A stretch of 64,000 nucleotides of DNA from Bacteroidia bacterium (GTDB lineage: Bacteria; Bacteroidota; Bacteroidia; NS11-12g; UBA955), in the NCBI GenBank assembly GCA_041391605.1, contig JAWKNQ010000007.1:23195-87194 (forward strand), in the 5' to 3' direction. The notes under the pieces were generated by a model. That model worked only from the letters and a program-made list of their open reading frames with translations. It was not told where the DNA came from and ran no database searches. Positions 48,850 through 59,824 of this stretch are shown here, piece after piece (within the stretch, counting starts at the first letter, position 1; each line of letters starts with the position of its first letter). The translations under genes were made by a program, and so were the position numbers.

Positions 48850-51693
48850 CTACTCAGTAGGTCTTCTACGCGGTGATGAAGAGCTTGCTTCTCCCGCTTT
48901 AATCTTCGACTTCACTTTAAAGTGGCGAATGGAATATGTGAAGGTTAACATGTAAAAACGCGTTAGAATTTGAGTGTTCTTATCTTCTATATACGTTTCT
49001 GTTACAGTTCTTGAGATGCTTGTATTTTGTTTCAAGGCATCAAAGACCGACAATTTCAATTCTCCCCTATTTCCTTTTAAAAACTTATAACCGATTCCTC
49101 CGTTTACCAACCATATACTTTGATTGAAGGCGTTGCCCAATCCGTTATATGAACTGTTCGTAATATCTGCGTTGAACACAAGATGTGAAGTTGGTAGATA
49201 ATTTACACGCGCGTTGAAGTTTCCAATAACATACGATGTGTTTAAGTTTTTCTGCAAGGAGTTTTGAACTGTGCTGTAATTGACTGAATAGTTAAACGTA
49301 AAATCGATATCCTCACTGATGTTACTCGCTAATACCGCCCCGAGTGTTGTGGTTGAATTGATGCTGATGTTATTCGCTCCATTGATTAAAGTAGGTGTCC
49401 TCGAAATGGTTTCTCCCAATTTGAAGTTTAAAACACTCTTAATTGGTTTGATTGGCATTCCAAACATGGAGAACACACGTAATCTTCTGTAGCCTTCTAA
49501 GTTTTGTGGAAGTGTTAGTTGAGCGCCCTTTTTCAATTCAATCTTGCCATTGATGGTGGTGTCATTGCGAGCAAGAATAGTTGTATTAGCAATATAATCA
49601 GAAGTTGTAGACAAATGACTGAAGATGAAGAAGGTCCGTTCTTTTTTGCTGTTACTTGTTTTATATCGCACAAATAAACTGTTCTCAAACTCTTGGTTCA
49701 AATTGCTATTACCACTCGATAAAAGCAAGGGATTACTGTTGTTTAACACCTCCTGCAATTGTGTGGCTGAAGGCAAGTTGGTCCTGCTTCGATAGGATAA
49801 TCTTAAGTTGCTCGATTTACTAAAAGCATAGGTAAAACGCGCATTGGGCAAAACGTTGAAATACGATTTTTCAACTTTGTTGGTAGAGGGAAAACTTTGA
49901 TCCACTAACATCTCCACACTTTGTGCGTCTGCTCCAATATCCAAGGACACTTTACCTGAATTGTATCGGTAAGACATTCCTGCTTTTTGAGTATTTGTAG
50001 CATTTGAAAAAGTGTTGCTCAAGATGCTGTCAACTGTGCTGTACTCGCCTGTTAACGAATCGTATCGAGACGTGTATTTATCGGTATTCGAATTAGCAAA
50101 CGTTGGATTGTACGTCAGTTCCATAAGAACCTTTTTACTCAACGCATGCGTGTAAGACAAATCGGGTGAAAAGGAATAGCCATCGTTAGCACTTGTGCTA
50201 TTTTGTTTAAAGAAATCCTCAGAAAAACTCGGTTGGTAATAGGCGTTCTGTGAGTTCAAGTTGGATTCTCCAGAATTGTTATTGACCGACCCTTTCAAAT
50301 CTAATGATAGGGTCTGACCCACTCGCTTGAATTTGTGTCTGAATAAAAGCGACTGACTGTAATTGTAACCACTGAACAAGGAAGAAGAACTGCTTTGTGA
50401 AAGATTTAACAAACTCACTTCTTGTGAATTGGTGCTTCCCAGAAAACTACTTGAACTTTCACTTTTCTGCAATTTCAAGCTCGGACGGAAAATAATGGAG
50501 TTCATTGTGTCGATGGTGTACTCTAGTCTTGCATTTAAGTTGTGCATATTTCCACTGCTGTTTCCAGTATCGCCTTGTTGGTAAAGTTGGTTGCTAGCAG
50601 ACGATAAGAAGTAAGTCCGTTTTAAGAACGATTCGTTCACATTGGCACTTGTATTAAAGAAATAGGAAGCGGTGAGTTTAAATTTCTTACCACCAAAATA
50701 CGAGTAGTTCATACCAAACGCATTTGTGGTGTTTATACCACCGTTATTATCTACAAGAAAATTCCCAGCACTTCCTCCACCTCTATACGAACCATTTCTC
50801 CATCGTCCGCCTTTATCACCTGTAAGTCCTATGATGTCTTGCGACGAGAAGTTTTGTTGATTGATGTTGTTGCTCATGCCAATAAAGGAGAAGCGTTGTT
50901 TACCTGCAAACACATTGATGTTTGCTCCAGCAGCCCATCTATCGTCGGTGCCATAACCACCGTATACTTTTCCAAACTGACCGATGTTCTTTGCTGATTT
51001 CGTGACAATGTTTAGAGTTTTTTGACTGTTGCCATCGTCTACACCTGTAAACTGAGATTGATCACTTTGTTGATCATAGACTTGAATTTTATCAATTACT
51101 TCAGCAGGCAAATTCTTAAGTGCAACAGAGGCGTCGTCACCAAAGAAATCTTCACCATCAACAGTTACTTTCTTCACATCTTCACCATGGGCTTGAATGG
51201 TTCCGTTCTCGGTGGTGATACCTGGCATTTTCGTGACGAGATTTTCTGCAGAAGCGTCTTGATTCACTTTGTAATTGCTAGCGTTGTATTCGACGGTATC
51301 GTTCTTTTGACGCAATGCATCTTTCTTAATACGTATGCCTCCACCTGAAATCAAATCTACTTTATTGCTAAGTTGAAGAACCTTTCGAAGCGACTCACCT
51401 GAATCCAGTTTTACTTTAAACCATTGCGTTTCGTATTCATAGTTCTTCACTTCTAGAAGATAAACAGCGGGTTTTAAATCAGTAAATGAATACTTCCCCA
51501 GCGAATCCGTTTGAGTCCAGCGCACAGTTGAGGAATCGGATAACAAGTAAAGATCTATACTGCTGTAGCTTAGGGGTTTTTTGTTTTCGTCAATCACCTT
51601 ACCACGAATCGATTGGGCATGACTTAAAGAGACAAATAAAGCAAAAAACACAAAAGCAGTAGCTTTAAGAGAGGGCGAGAAAAAATGCAACAT
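48850..51693 (-). CDS. TonB-dependent receptor-like outer-membrane beta-barrel protein with N-terminal carboxypeptidase-regulatory-like domain
   Basis: Signal peptide; SIRGKVIDENKKPLSYSSIDLYL CarbopepD_reg; long beta-barrel ending in an aromatic-rich C-terminus. Confidence 0.7.
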   Translation of the reverse strand: MLHFFSPSLKATAFVFFALFVSLSHAQSIRGKVIDENKKPLSYSSIDLYLLSDSSTVRWTQTDSLGKYSFTDLKPAVYLLEVKNYEYETQWFKVKLDSGESLRKVLQLSNKVDLISGGGIRIKKDALRQKNDTVEYNASNYKVNQDASAENLVTKMPGITTENGTIQAHGEDVKKVTVDGEDFFGDDASVALKNLPAEVIDKIQVYDQQSDQSQFTGVDDGNSQKTLNIVTKSAKNIGQFGKVYGGYGTDDRWAAGANINVFAGKQRFSFIGMSNNINQQNFSSQDIIGLTGDKGGRWRNGSYRGGGSAGNFLVDNNGGINTTNAFGMNYSYFGGKKFKLTASYFFNTSANVNESFLKRTYFLSSASNQLYQQGDTGNSSGNMHNLNARLEYTIDTMNSIIFRPSLKLQKSESSSSFLGSTNSQEVSLLNLSQSSSSSLFSGYNYSQSLLFRHKFKRVGQTLSLDLKGSVNNNSGESNLNSQNAYYQPSFSEDFFKQNSTSANDGYSFSPDLSYTHALSKKVLMELTYNPTFANSNTDKYTSRYDSLTGEYSTVDSILSNTFSNATNTQKAGMSYRYNSGKVSLDIGADAQSVEMLVDQSFPSTNKVEKSYFNVLPNARFTYAFSKSSNLRLSYRSRTNLPSATQLQEVLNNSNPLLLSSGNSNLNQEFENSLFVRYKTSNSKKERTFFIFSHLSTTSDYIANTTILARNDTTINGKIELKKGAQLTLPQNLEGYRRLRVFSMFGMPIKPIKSVLNFKLGETISRTPTLINGANNISINSTTTLGAVLASNISEDIDFTFNYSVNYSTVQNSLQKNLNTSYVIGNFNARVNYLPTSHLVFNADITNSSYNGLGNAFNQSIWLVNGGIGYKFLKGNRGELKLSVFDALKQNTSISRTVTETYIEDKNTQILTRFYMLTFTYSIRHFKVKSKIKAGEASSSSPRRRPTE

Positions 51694-51787
51694 GTTGGTG
51701 ATTAGACAATGCAAATATAAAAAGGTTTAAGTTGCTTGAGAAAAATTTGTACTAATTCCTCTATCTATTTAGCGAAAAGAAAATTGA

Positions 51788-54003
51788 CTATCGAATTAAA
51801 TGAATCACACCATTTGATTTAATGTGTTCTAGCGCTCCATTTTCATTCACATGTTTGAGTTCCAATAAGTAATAATACACACCAGAAGAAAGTTCGCCTC
51901 CTTTGTTGCAAAGAGTTCCATTCCAACATTCTTCTAATACATCCCCATGAAAGACCTCAATTCCCCAGCGATCAAAAATCCAAATCTCACCTTCGTCACC
52001 ACAGACCTTATCCAAACCACCTAGTGAATAGCAATCATTATACCATCCGAATTTGGAGTAAAGGTATTTGGAATTATCAGTTCGCCACCGTTGCTGCGCA
52101 GTATATCCACAGTTTGGATGAGCGTATCAGGACAGATTCGATTTGAATCACTCACAATCAAACGAATTGAATATGTCCCAGCGTCTTTAAAATGATAACT
52201 CAAATTGTTACTACTTCCTTGAAATGAATCAATGTTCCATTGTATAAGTGCTGCATTGCTTGAAGTGTTTGTAAATATGAGCGTGTTGTTGCAAGTGTTC
52301 TGTAATATATCAAAGCCCACTTCTGGTCCCCAATCCACACGTAAGGAATCAGAAAATCCACATAAATTCTGTGTGCTTTGAATACTGTATACACCTGGTT
52401 TGGTCACAATATAAAAGGAGTCAGTGCTTCCGTCTTGCCATCTAATTGTATTAGGTTTAAGTTTAGAATCAATTGTTAGGGTATTCCCCTTACAAATCAC
52501 GGTATCCGCACCTAGTATTTTTGTTAACGAAGCGATACGATCATTTAGATATGTGTATCCATCAATTTGATCAGGTAGAAACATCGCATCACCTTCTACT
52601 TTTATGTTATTAATTGAGGCAGTTGATAAGTCAATTTCTGAAGGAACCAAGTTTTGAGGCATAAGTGCATTCGCATTAGGAAGAACAAACAATGTAGAGC
52701 TCGCTCCTTTGGTAAAATACAAATTGCCATCGTAAGATGAGGCGATACTAATTAAGGCATGCCAGTTGTCATAGCCATTTGCGTAGGAATCACCGTTACC
52801 AGAAATGGGATTAAAAATTCCCGAAGGTTTTTGAATTTGTAAACGTACATCGTAGGGATAAGTTGCTGGTGAGCTCGGCAGACCTAAATCTATCTGTGCA
52901 AGATAGGTCATATGTGTTTGTCCACTTCCTGCATAACCACCGCCACAGAAATACAAAAAACGCCCATTAGGACTAAACTCTAATCCTCTTATCTTTCTCT
53001 CAATGCTTTTTATAAACGATAAGTTTGAATTTGAATATGCTACTTGATTAATTGAATTGGAAGTCAATAACACATTATTATCCGCTTGAAGAATCAAATC
53101 ACTTAATGTTATTGAGGTATAATCTGAACTTCTATTGGAGAATGTTGAGGTTTTAAAAATAAATATATCCGATGAGTTACTTGATTCGTTTCTGTTTATC
53201 AAAGCCAATCGATCTTCAGTAGGACTTAACTCCATAACTGAACCAGCCACAGTTTGGTACCACCATCGCGCTGATACATTGCCTGTATTCGCATCAAAGG
53301 AGATTCCACTTGAATCGATTATAAAACGATCAATAGATAAATAATTAACATCTCCTGGTCTTCGGCACAAATAGAGATAATGTGTTTTATCCAGAACAGC
53401 CGTTCTCGATACCGCTTTTCCAATTGTATAAACGTGTGCAACACCTGATACCTTTAGTACAGAATCACGAGTGAGAAGTTTAAAAACACCATTCTTATAC
53501 TCCACTTTCGAATACAATACTTCTGCAGGTGTGTATGATCCAGAATTCCCATAAGGTGCATTCAACTTATCCTTCCATTTGCAGTATATGATGTACCACT
53601 GATGTTCTTGATAAGGCACTTTAACAACTTGAATTTCTGGATCGGTATTCTTACAACTCAGCCCAGGTTTATTTGGAGTTTGATTGTTCAACAATGGAGT
53701 GCCATTAATGGTGTAAATAAATAAATTATTGTCATCCAAAGTGCCTGAATGAATGACATAGAATAATGGTTTTCCGCATGAATCGAAAGCGGCGCCTGTT
53801 GGTCCGTTTTCAGAAGGAGCAGTGTTTGGAACATCTTGACTCATTGTTGGAGCTAAGGACCAGTCCACTACTTGAGCTTCATCACCACCTTTGACGGCTA
53901 TTGGCCAAACGGGATATCCTGTGTTTTTCTGGGCATAGAAAGGCTGAACTAAGAAACACAAACTTAGAGTTAACCATACTGATAACTTAATAGGAGAAAA
54001 CAT
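51788..54003 (-). CDS. T9SS type B CTD-containing secreted protein, carrying a 1-nt frameshift at 52015-52021 inside the CTD (GINDC read as GIMIAIH*)
   Basis: 660-aa ORF ends ...FTPNSDGIMIAIH*. The downstream 75-aa ORF carries IFDRWG...VYYYLL type B CTD. Restoring one A in ATAATG at ~52032-52037 (cf. ATAAATGAT, DGIND) rejoins them. Confidence 0.6.
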
Positions 54004-54183
54004 AATAATAATACTTTAAAACAAGTTACAATATAAGAAATTATTATTTAAATCTAAAATTACCATTAAATGACAATTATTCATCGTGCTTTATTCATTT
54101 ATCTTTCTTCACTTGAATTCTATTTAATTTAATAAGAACATCCTAGTTTATCCTTATGAATGCTCCTAAATGAGCTCCCACTC

Positions 54184-56598
54184 CTACCTCAACACTACTT
54201 GTATGGCTTGTTCCTTATCCAATCGGATAAAAATGATACCCTTAGCTTCAAAGTTTAAATCTATTTGGTTCATTCCGGAAGTTAATTTGCCCTTCATCAT
54301 TTCCTCACCCAGTATGTTGTAGATGTGGTATTCAGTGTTCTTGTTTAGGTTGTTCAATTGAATATTCCTTGTCGCATTCGGATTGGGATATACATAAGAT
54401 TTTATAAGTGGTACTTCAAATGTCACTATTCCAGTAGGACCACTGTATTCCACAGCACCGCGATCAGAATACTGATTGTTGCGCGAGTTGCCATACACAT
54501 CCAAAAGATTGTAAGAAACAGAAGGAACATTGTTTTGATTCCAAAACAATTTGGACGCGTATGTGGAGCTGTCAAAATGATTTCCATTTGAACTATCTGC
54601 ATTGAACTCTTTTATACCCATGTTTAAACCAATCCATCCATCAATGGTTGAGTCCATTCCGTTGTTGAATTGTGTGGTGTATGTTTGACTGTCTACATTG
54701 TTCACATAATAGGTATTATGACTCACATCAAGTGAGGTATTACTCAAGACTTGGATATCCGCAAACTTACTATTCTGCACATCGAAAATATTTCCAATTA
54801 TATTTGTATTCGCGTACCTGTACATCAAACTTCTCAGGGCTGTTGCTTCGTGATCTGAATATGTACTCATGCTGCCATCTATCTTCACTGTGTTTTGTCT
54901 AAGTTCGTAATTCGAATTTACAGAATCTATACTGTAAGCGTATATGCCTGTTGTTCCATACACCCCAATATTGTCGACAATTAAATTACTCAATATCTCC
55001 ATCTTAATATTGTTGTAAGCATATATCCCGTAATTGTATCCGATGATACCAGTATTCTTATTGTTCTTTATCACATTCCTGGCGAGGTGATAATTACCTG
55101 ATTGATACAAATACATATTGTACATGTAGTAATGTTTGGTTTCGTTGCCTTCAATTAAGTTATCGGTGATTTTAAAGTCGCCATTATTAAAACAAAAGAT
55201 ATTGTAGGTGTAGTAATAATCTGATTCGTTGTTTCGTATGGTGTTCCCTTTAATATGTATTGTTCCAAAGGTGTCCAATTTAGAATTGCCGTAAAAATAA
55301 ATGCGGTAGGTGTAGAAATTTGATTTTCCATTGTTCTCAATCACGTTGTCATTTATTTCCTTTGTTCCAGCGCTTAGCTGAGGTAACACATTTTGTATAC
55401 CATACCATTCATAGCCCCCATCGCAATCTATAATCTTGTTGCCATTTATTTTATAATGACCACCTATCAGGCTATTGTGAAACCCATAAAAATTTTTACC
55501 AGATGCACTGGTCACTGGTACATCATTATTTCTTGAGACATTGGATAGGATTTCAATGTTTTTGCAATTTCGCGTGTAGCAAACGGTCAAATCTTTTGCT
55601 GCACGCAATCCGAGAATGTTATTGCCCTCAATTAAAACTCTTCGAGCATCAGTTCCAATCATGTCAATGCAAGTTATTCCGTACATGATGCCTATACTTC
55701 CAAATTGTTGGGAAGTGTCTCTATTCCAATTGAGCAAATAGTTGTTTCGAATCACATTTTGCCTTGATGTGGAATATGCCTTCTCTGAATAAATCCCCAT
55801 TAAAGTATAAGCGCAATCGTCTGCTTTGGTGCTAAGTCGGGTGACGATATTACTCTCAAGTAAATTGCCATTTGTATGCAACATAAAAATACCGATATCC
55901 GAAAAGTTCTGAATGAGGTTTCCAACGATGTTGGTATTCTGAGCAACGGTCTTGTAATTGGTTTTGTTTCCTTTTACGACTATGGCATAACTCGGCCCAG
56001 GACTGTTGGCATTAGTGGTCCACATTTTATTGTATGAAAAGGTGTTGTATAAACCTAGGTCCGTGCTGCTGCTATCGGCTAAAGAAGTAGCAGATTCTGC
56101 CATGGCAATGTAGGCCGCGTATTTTGCAGAGTAGTTAACGAGATTATTAAATTCAATTGTACATTTAGTAATGGTGTTATAAGAAGAGGCATTGCTTAAT
56201 CGTACCCCAATTGCGTAAAAACTAGAGGACGTATTTAATATCCGCAAGCTGTCAATTGAGAGGTAATTAATGCCTTTTAACAAAACAACAGCATCCCCCA
56301 GATTAGCACTCAAGGTATAACCATTCCCATTTACAGTAATGGTATTTGTTGCCGACACACCAGATATGGCAGGAAAAGAAACGGAGTTTTGTTCCACGCG
56401 ATCACTCATCACATTTAACACAACCGCAGCAGATACGCCATTGTTGAGAAGAGCTTGGGAAAAGTCTTGCCAATTCTGAAAATTTGTTCCTGAAGTTGCG
56501 CTAGTCGAATCCAGGGTATAGGTACCTTGAAGCGGAGCAGCATATGCACACTGTACAAGAAAGACAAGAACGAAGACGAACTGTATTTTTTTTATCAT
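54184..56598 (-). CDS. Right-handed beta-helix repeat protein with T9SS type A CTD
   Basis: Signal peptide; repeated NxxIxxN beta-helix turns; C-terminal YPNPNATRNIQLNNL...IFIRLDKEQAIQVVLR. Confidence 0.7.
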   Translation of the reverse strand: MIKKIQFVFVLVFLVQCAYAAPLQGTYTLDSTSATSGTNFQNWQDFSQALLNNGVSAAVVLNVMSDRVEQNSVSFPAISGVSATNTITVNGNGYTLSANLGDAVVLLKGINYLSIDSLRILNTSSSFYAIGVRLSNASSYNTITKCTIEFNNLVNYSAKYAAYIAMAESATSLADSSSTDLGLYNTFSYNKMWTTNANSPGPSYAIVVKGNKTNYKTVAQNTNIVGNLIQNFSDIGIFMLHTNGNLLESNIVTRLSTKADDCAYTLMGIYSEKAYSTSRQNVIRNNYLLNWNRDTSQQFGSIGIMYGITCIDMIGTDARRVLIEGNNILGLRAAKDLTVCYTRNCKNIEILSNVSRNNDVPVTSASGKNFYGFHNSLIGGHYKINGNKIIDCDGGYEWYGIQNVLPQLSAGTKEINDNVIENNGKSNFYTYRIYFYGNSKLDTFGTIHIKGNTIRNNESDYYYTYNIFCFNNGDFKITDNLIEGNETKHYYMYNMYLYQSGNYHLARNVIKNNKNTGIIGYNYGIYAYNNIKMEILSNLIVDNIGVYGTTGIYAYSIDSVNSNYELRQNTVKIDGSMSTYSDHEATALRSLMYRYANTNIIGNIFDVQNSKFADIQVLSNTSLDVSHNTYYVNNVDSQTYTTQFNNGMDSTIDGWIGLNMGIKEFNADSSNGNHFDSSTYASKLFWNQNNVPSVSYNLLDVYGNSRNNQYSDRGAVEYSGPTGIVTFEVPLIKSYVYPNPNATRNIQLNNLNKNTEYHIYNILGEEMMKGKLTSGMNQIDLNFEAKGIIFIRLDKEQAIQVVLR

Positions 56599-56725
56599 AG
56601 TAGTTGAAAATGAAAGCGTGTGAAATTAAAACTTAATTCAAATATATATGGAATTATTAAATAAGATACAAACACAAAGCATAATGACGAAATTATGACA
56701 AAATCGTTGAGAAGTTTCGACTCAT

Positions 56726-59115
56726 TTACCTCAACACCACTTGTATGGCTTGTTCCTTATCCAATCGTATAAAAAAGATACCCTTAGCTTCAAAGTTTAA
56801 ATCTATTTGGTTAAGTCCAGAAATTAATTCGCCCTTCATCAATTCCTCACCTAGAATGTTGTAAATGTGGAACTCTTCGTTATTGTTTAAATTATTCAAT
56901 TGAATTTGCCTTGTCGCATTCGGGTTGGGGTATACATAGGATTTAATAGCTGGAGTTTCAAATGTCTTTACTGAAGTTGGACCGCTGTACTCCACTCCAC
57001 CTCGATCAGACAATTGCTTGTTGCGCGGGTTGCCGTATACATCAAAAGATTGTAAGAAACAGATGGAACATTGTTTTGGTTGCCGAACAAAAGACTTTCA
57101 AATTTAGTGTTAAAAAATGATGTCCCTCAGAATTCATTGTATTAAATTCTCCTTCACCTTGAGTGGAAGCTATCCAGTCATCTATGTTTGAAAAGAAAAT
57201 GTTTATACTTGAAGTTCTGTATTCTTGTTTAATCGAATCTTCAATAAAATACGAATTGTGTTCAATCACTTCATCTGATTTTCCTTTAAAACGCAATATC
57301 ATTGAAGTCACGCGTTGAACATCAATTATATTACCAATACATTTTGAACTCACATAGTTCTCCATGGACAAGTCTAATGGATATACATCTTTATTTCCTG
57401 TGCTCGAATTTCCTCCAGCAATAAGGATAGTATTTTGCCTTACTTCAAAAGTATTATTGTTATTTCCTCCACCATTAGAAAATATGGACTTAACCGTGCT
57501 TTGCTGAAAATACTGATGAACTAAGTTACTAGCAATTCGGATATTGAAGTTATCCCACAAATATATCGCCACGTGTAAATTACCTAAAGAACTATTTTCA
57601 ACAATTCTATTTCTTGCGATATCTAAGTCGCATTGATTGTAAGCATAAATATGATAGATTGAACCTTTAATGGATTCATTAATTGATATTGAATTATCTA
57701 AAATATTTATTCTCCCTTGCAAACAATAAATACCGTAAGTACTGACAACTTCAGAAGAGTTTTCAATAGTATTCCCTTTTATTTCTATTGTTTCATTTGA
57801 GTCTAAACTCCTTGAACCGTTACAGTATATTCTATAGGTATTAATTCCAGAATTGAAATTAAACGTTATCCTATTGTGATTAATTTCCCGTTTTTTGTTT
57901 CCAATAGCAGGATCAGCACTCACTATGCCAAACCATTCTTTTCCACCATCACAATTCTGAATTGTATTACCATTTATCAAATAAGAACCTTTCGTATATT
58001 CACATAAAACTCCATAAGATAAAGAAGCATAATTTGGATCAGCATCATTATCCTCGAAATTATTATTCTGTACAATTATGTAACTGCAATCAAATATCCC
58101 AATACTAAATAAACTATTTTTTACCCTAAGCCCGCGCAATGTATTATTTGATACCTTAAAGTTTAAGTCTTCGCTCCCTGAAATCTGCCTAGCATAAATA
58201 CCTTTCAAGTGCTGTATCCTTTCGAACAAATTTGATGAATCTCTATTCAAGTGGTGAATGTAATTATTTAAAATTGTATTTGACCTTAAACTTGCACCTG
58301 CTTTCTCTGAATAAATAACATACATAGTAATTCCACATTTATCATGTCGAACATTCAGTCTCGAAATATCATTCCCTTCAATTTGATTACCATTGGTGTG
58401 TAACATGAATATACCATACATGGAAAAATTCAATATTCGATTTTCAAGAATTGTGTTGTTTTGTGCTAGTGTTTTATAGGTGTCATAATTCCCCTTGATT
58501 ACAATTCCGTAACTCGGTCCGGGACTTTCAGAATTTGTTGTTTGTAAAACATTCTTATAAATTGTGTTGAATGAACCTAAATTAACGTTCGAACTATCTT
58601 CCAGTTTTAATATGGATTCTGTGAACGCTATATAGGCTCCACTTTTCAGAGCTAAAGAATCTAAATTCGAAAATTCAACTAAACAACGCGAAATTTGGTT
58701 GAAGGATGAAGCATCACTAAACAGAATACAAATGGCATTTACATTGTTTGATGTATTCTGTATTCGTAAACTGTCTACAGTTAAATACTGAATTGCCAAA
58801 TGTATCACGGCTTCAGCGATTGGAACTAAGCAAATGACCATTCCCATTAATTCGAATTGTTTGGGTTGAAGATGTCCCTGCAACACTTGAGAAAAATTGA
58901 TAACTTGAGATTCAATGCAATCCTCATTACATTTAGAACTACAGATGCAGAAACACCTTCGCTTACAAGACTTTGGGTAAAGTCTTGTCAATTTTAAAAT
59001 TAGTCCCTGAAGTAGGACTGTCGAATCTATGTATTTAGTGTGCCTTGAAGGGGAGCTGCATACATTGTTTGTAAAAGAACAAAAGAAAGAAAGTGCTTAG
59101 TAAATTTTTAATCAT
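56726..59115 (-). pseudogene. Tandem paralog of 54184-56598, pseudogenised (in-frame TAG at 59027-59029, multiple frameshifts); C-terminal CTD nearly identical to the intact copy
   Basis: 95-aa CTD fragment ~85% identical to the CTD of the upstream gene; N-terminal MIKNLLSTFFLLFF...PLQGT* parallels MIKKIQFVFVLVFL...PLQGTYT; shared upstream 60-bp segment. Confidence 0.6.
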
Positions 59116-59235
59116 AGGAGTGCTAAGTTGATGAGTTTTAGAGATAATTCTATTTTCAAATATATGGAATTATTAAATAAGATACAAGCACATAGCATAA
59201 TGACGAAATTATGACAGATACAAGTTGTTCCTAAC

Positions 59236-59320
59236 TCTTGGGCGCCTTTTCCTCGTCAGCCTGAGGCGGATCTTTGCTCCCGTGTTGTGCACCAAGTTGC
59301 TGATCTCAGGGCGCGACATT
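59236..59320. other. GC-rich (~57%) structured intergenic island (nested inverted repeats GCGCC/GGCGC and CCTGAG/CTCAGG)
   Basis: Composition outlier in a 33% GC genome; no ORF; candidate small RNA or structured regulatory element. Confidence 0.3.
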
Positions 59321-59340
59321 TCGTTTCATTCAATCAGACT

Positions 59341-59712
59341 TTAAAATTCAGCATTTGTTACCACACTTGTAAAGGTGCCATTGTCGTAGCTCCACGTTTC
59401 ATTCGATCTGAAGTTGCGAGAGGAAACCAATGAATCTGCTCGCGTTACCTTAAAGTCTATGATGTCTAAATCCACATCGTGCACATATGGACCGTCTGGT
59501 CCTGGATCTTTGCGAAACAAAACAAACAAATCAACCGTTTCTCCACTTTCAACTTGTCTTGTAATTTCTTCAGACGCTGTTTTGTAGTACACATCAATAT
59601 GCTGGTCGCAAGTATTAATTATTCTGTACAAATATTCTGAACCGTAAGAACACGATAGTAAAGAACAAATGCATAAAAGCATTAAGCCAAATCTGCGAAT
59701 AAATTGAATCAC
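59341..59712 (-). CDS. Small lipoprotein (hypothetical)
   Basis: LLSCSYG lipobox; 123 aa. Confidence 0.5.
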   Translation of the reverse strand: MIQFIRRFGLMLLCICSLLSCSYGSEYLYRIINTCDQHIDVYYKTASEEITRQVESGETVDLFVLFRKDPGPDGPYVHDVDLDIIDFKVTRADSLVSSRNFRSNETWSYDNGTFTSVVTNAEF

Positions 59713-59824
59713 AATACAAAATTAAATCCTTTCACTTGATAATCTGTCATTTAAATGTCATTTTTATACAGAAGTCACTTTTTAAGTATAATTTGCGTCT
59801 ATGTTCTTATAACAAGCCACTAAT

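Noticed and set aside
59236-59320. TPP, SAM or cobalamin riboswitch, tmRNA or SRP RNA identity for the GC-rich island
   Set aside because: None of the conserved cores (e.g. CUGAGA...ACCUGAUCUGGAUAAUGCCAGCG for TPP) are present. Kept only as an unclassified structured element.
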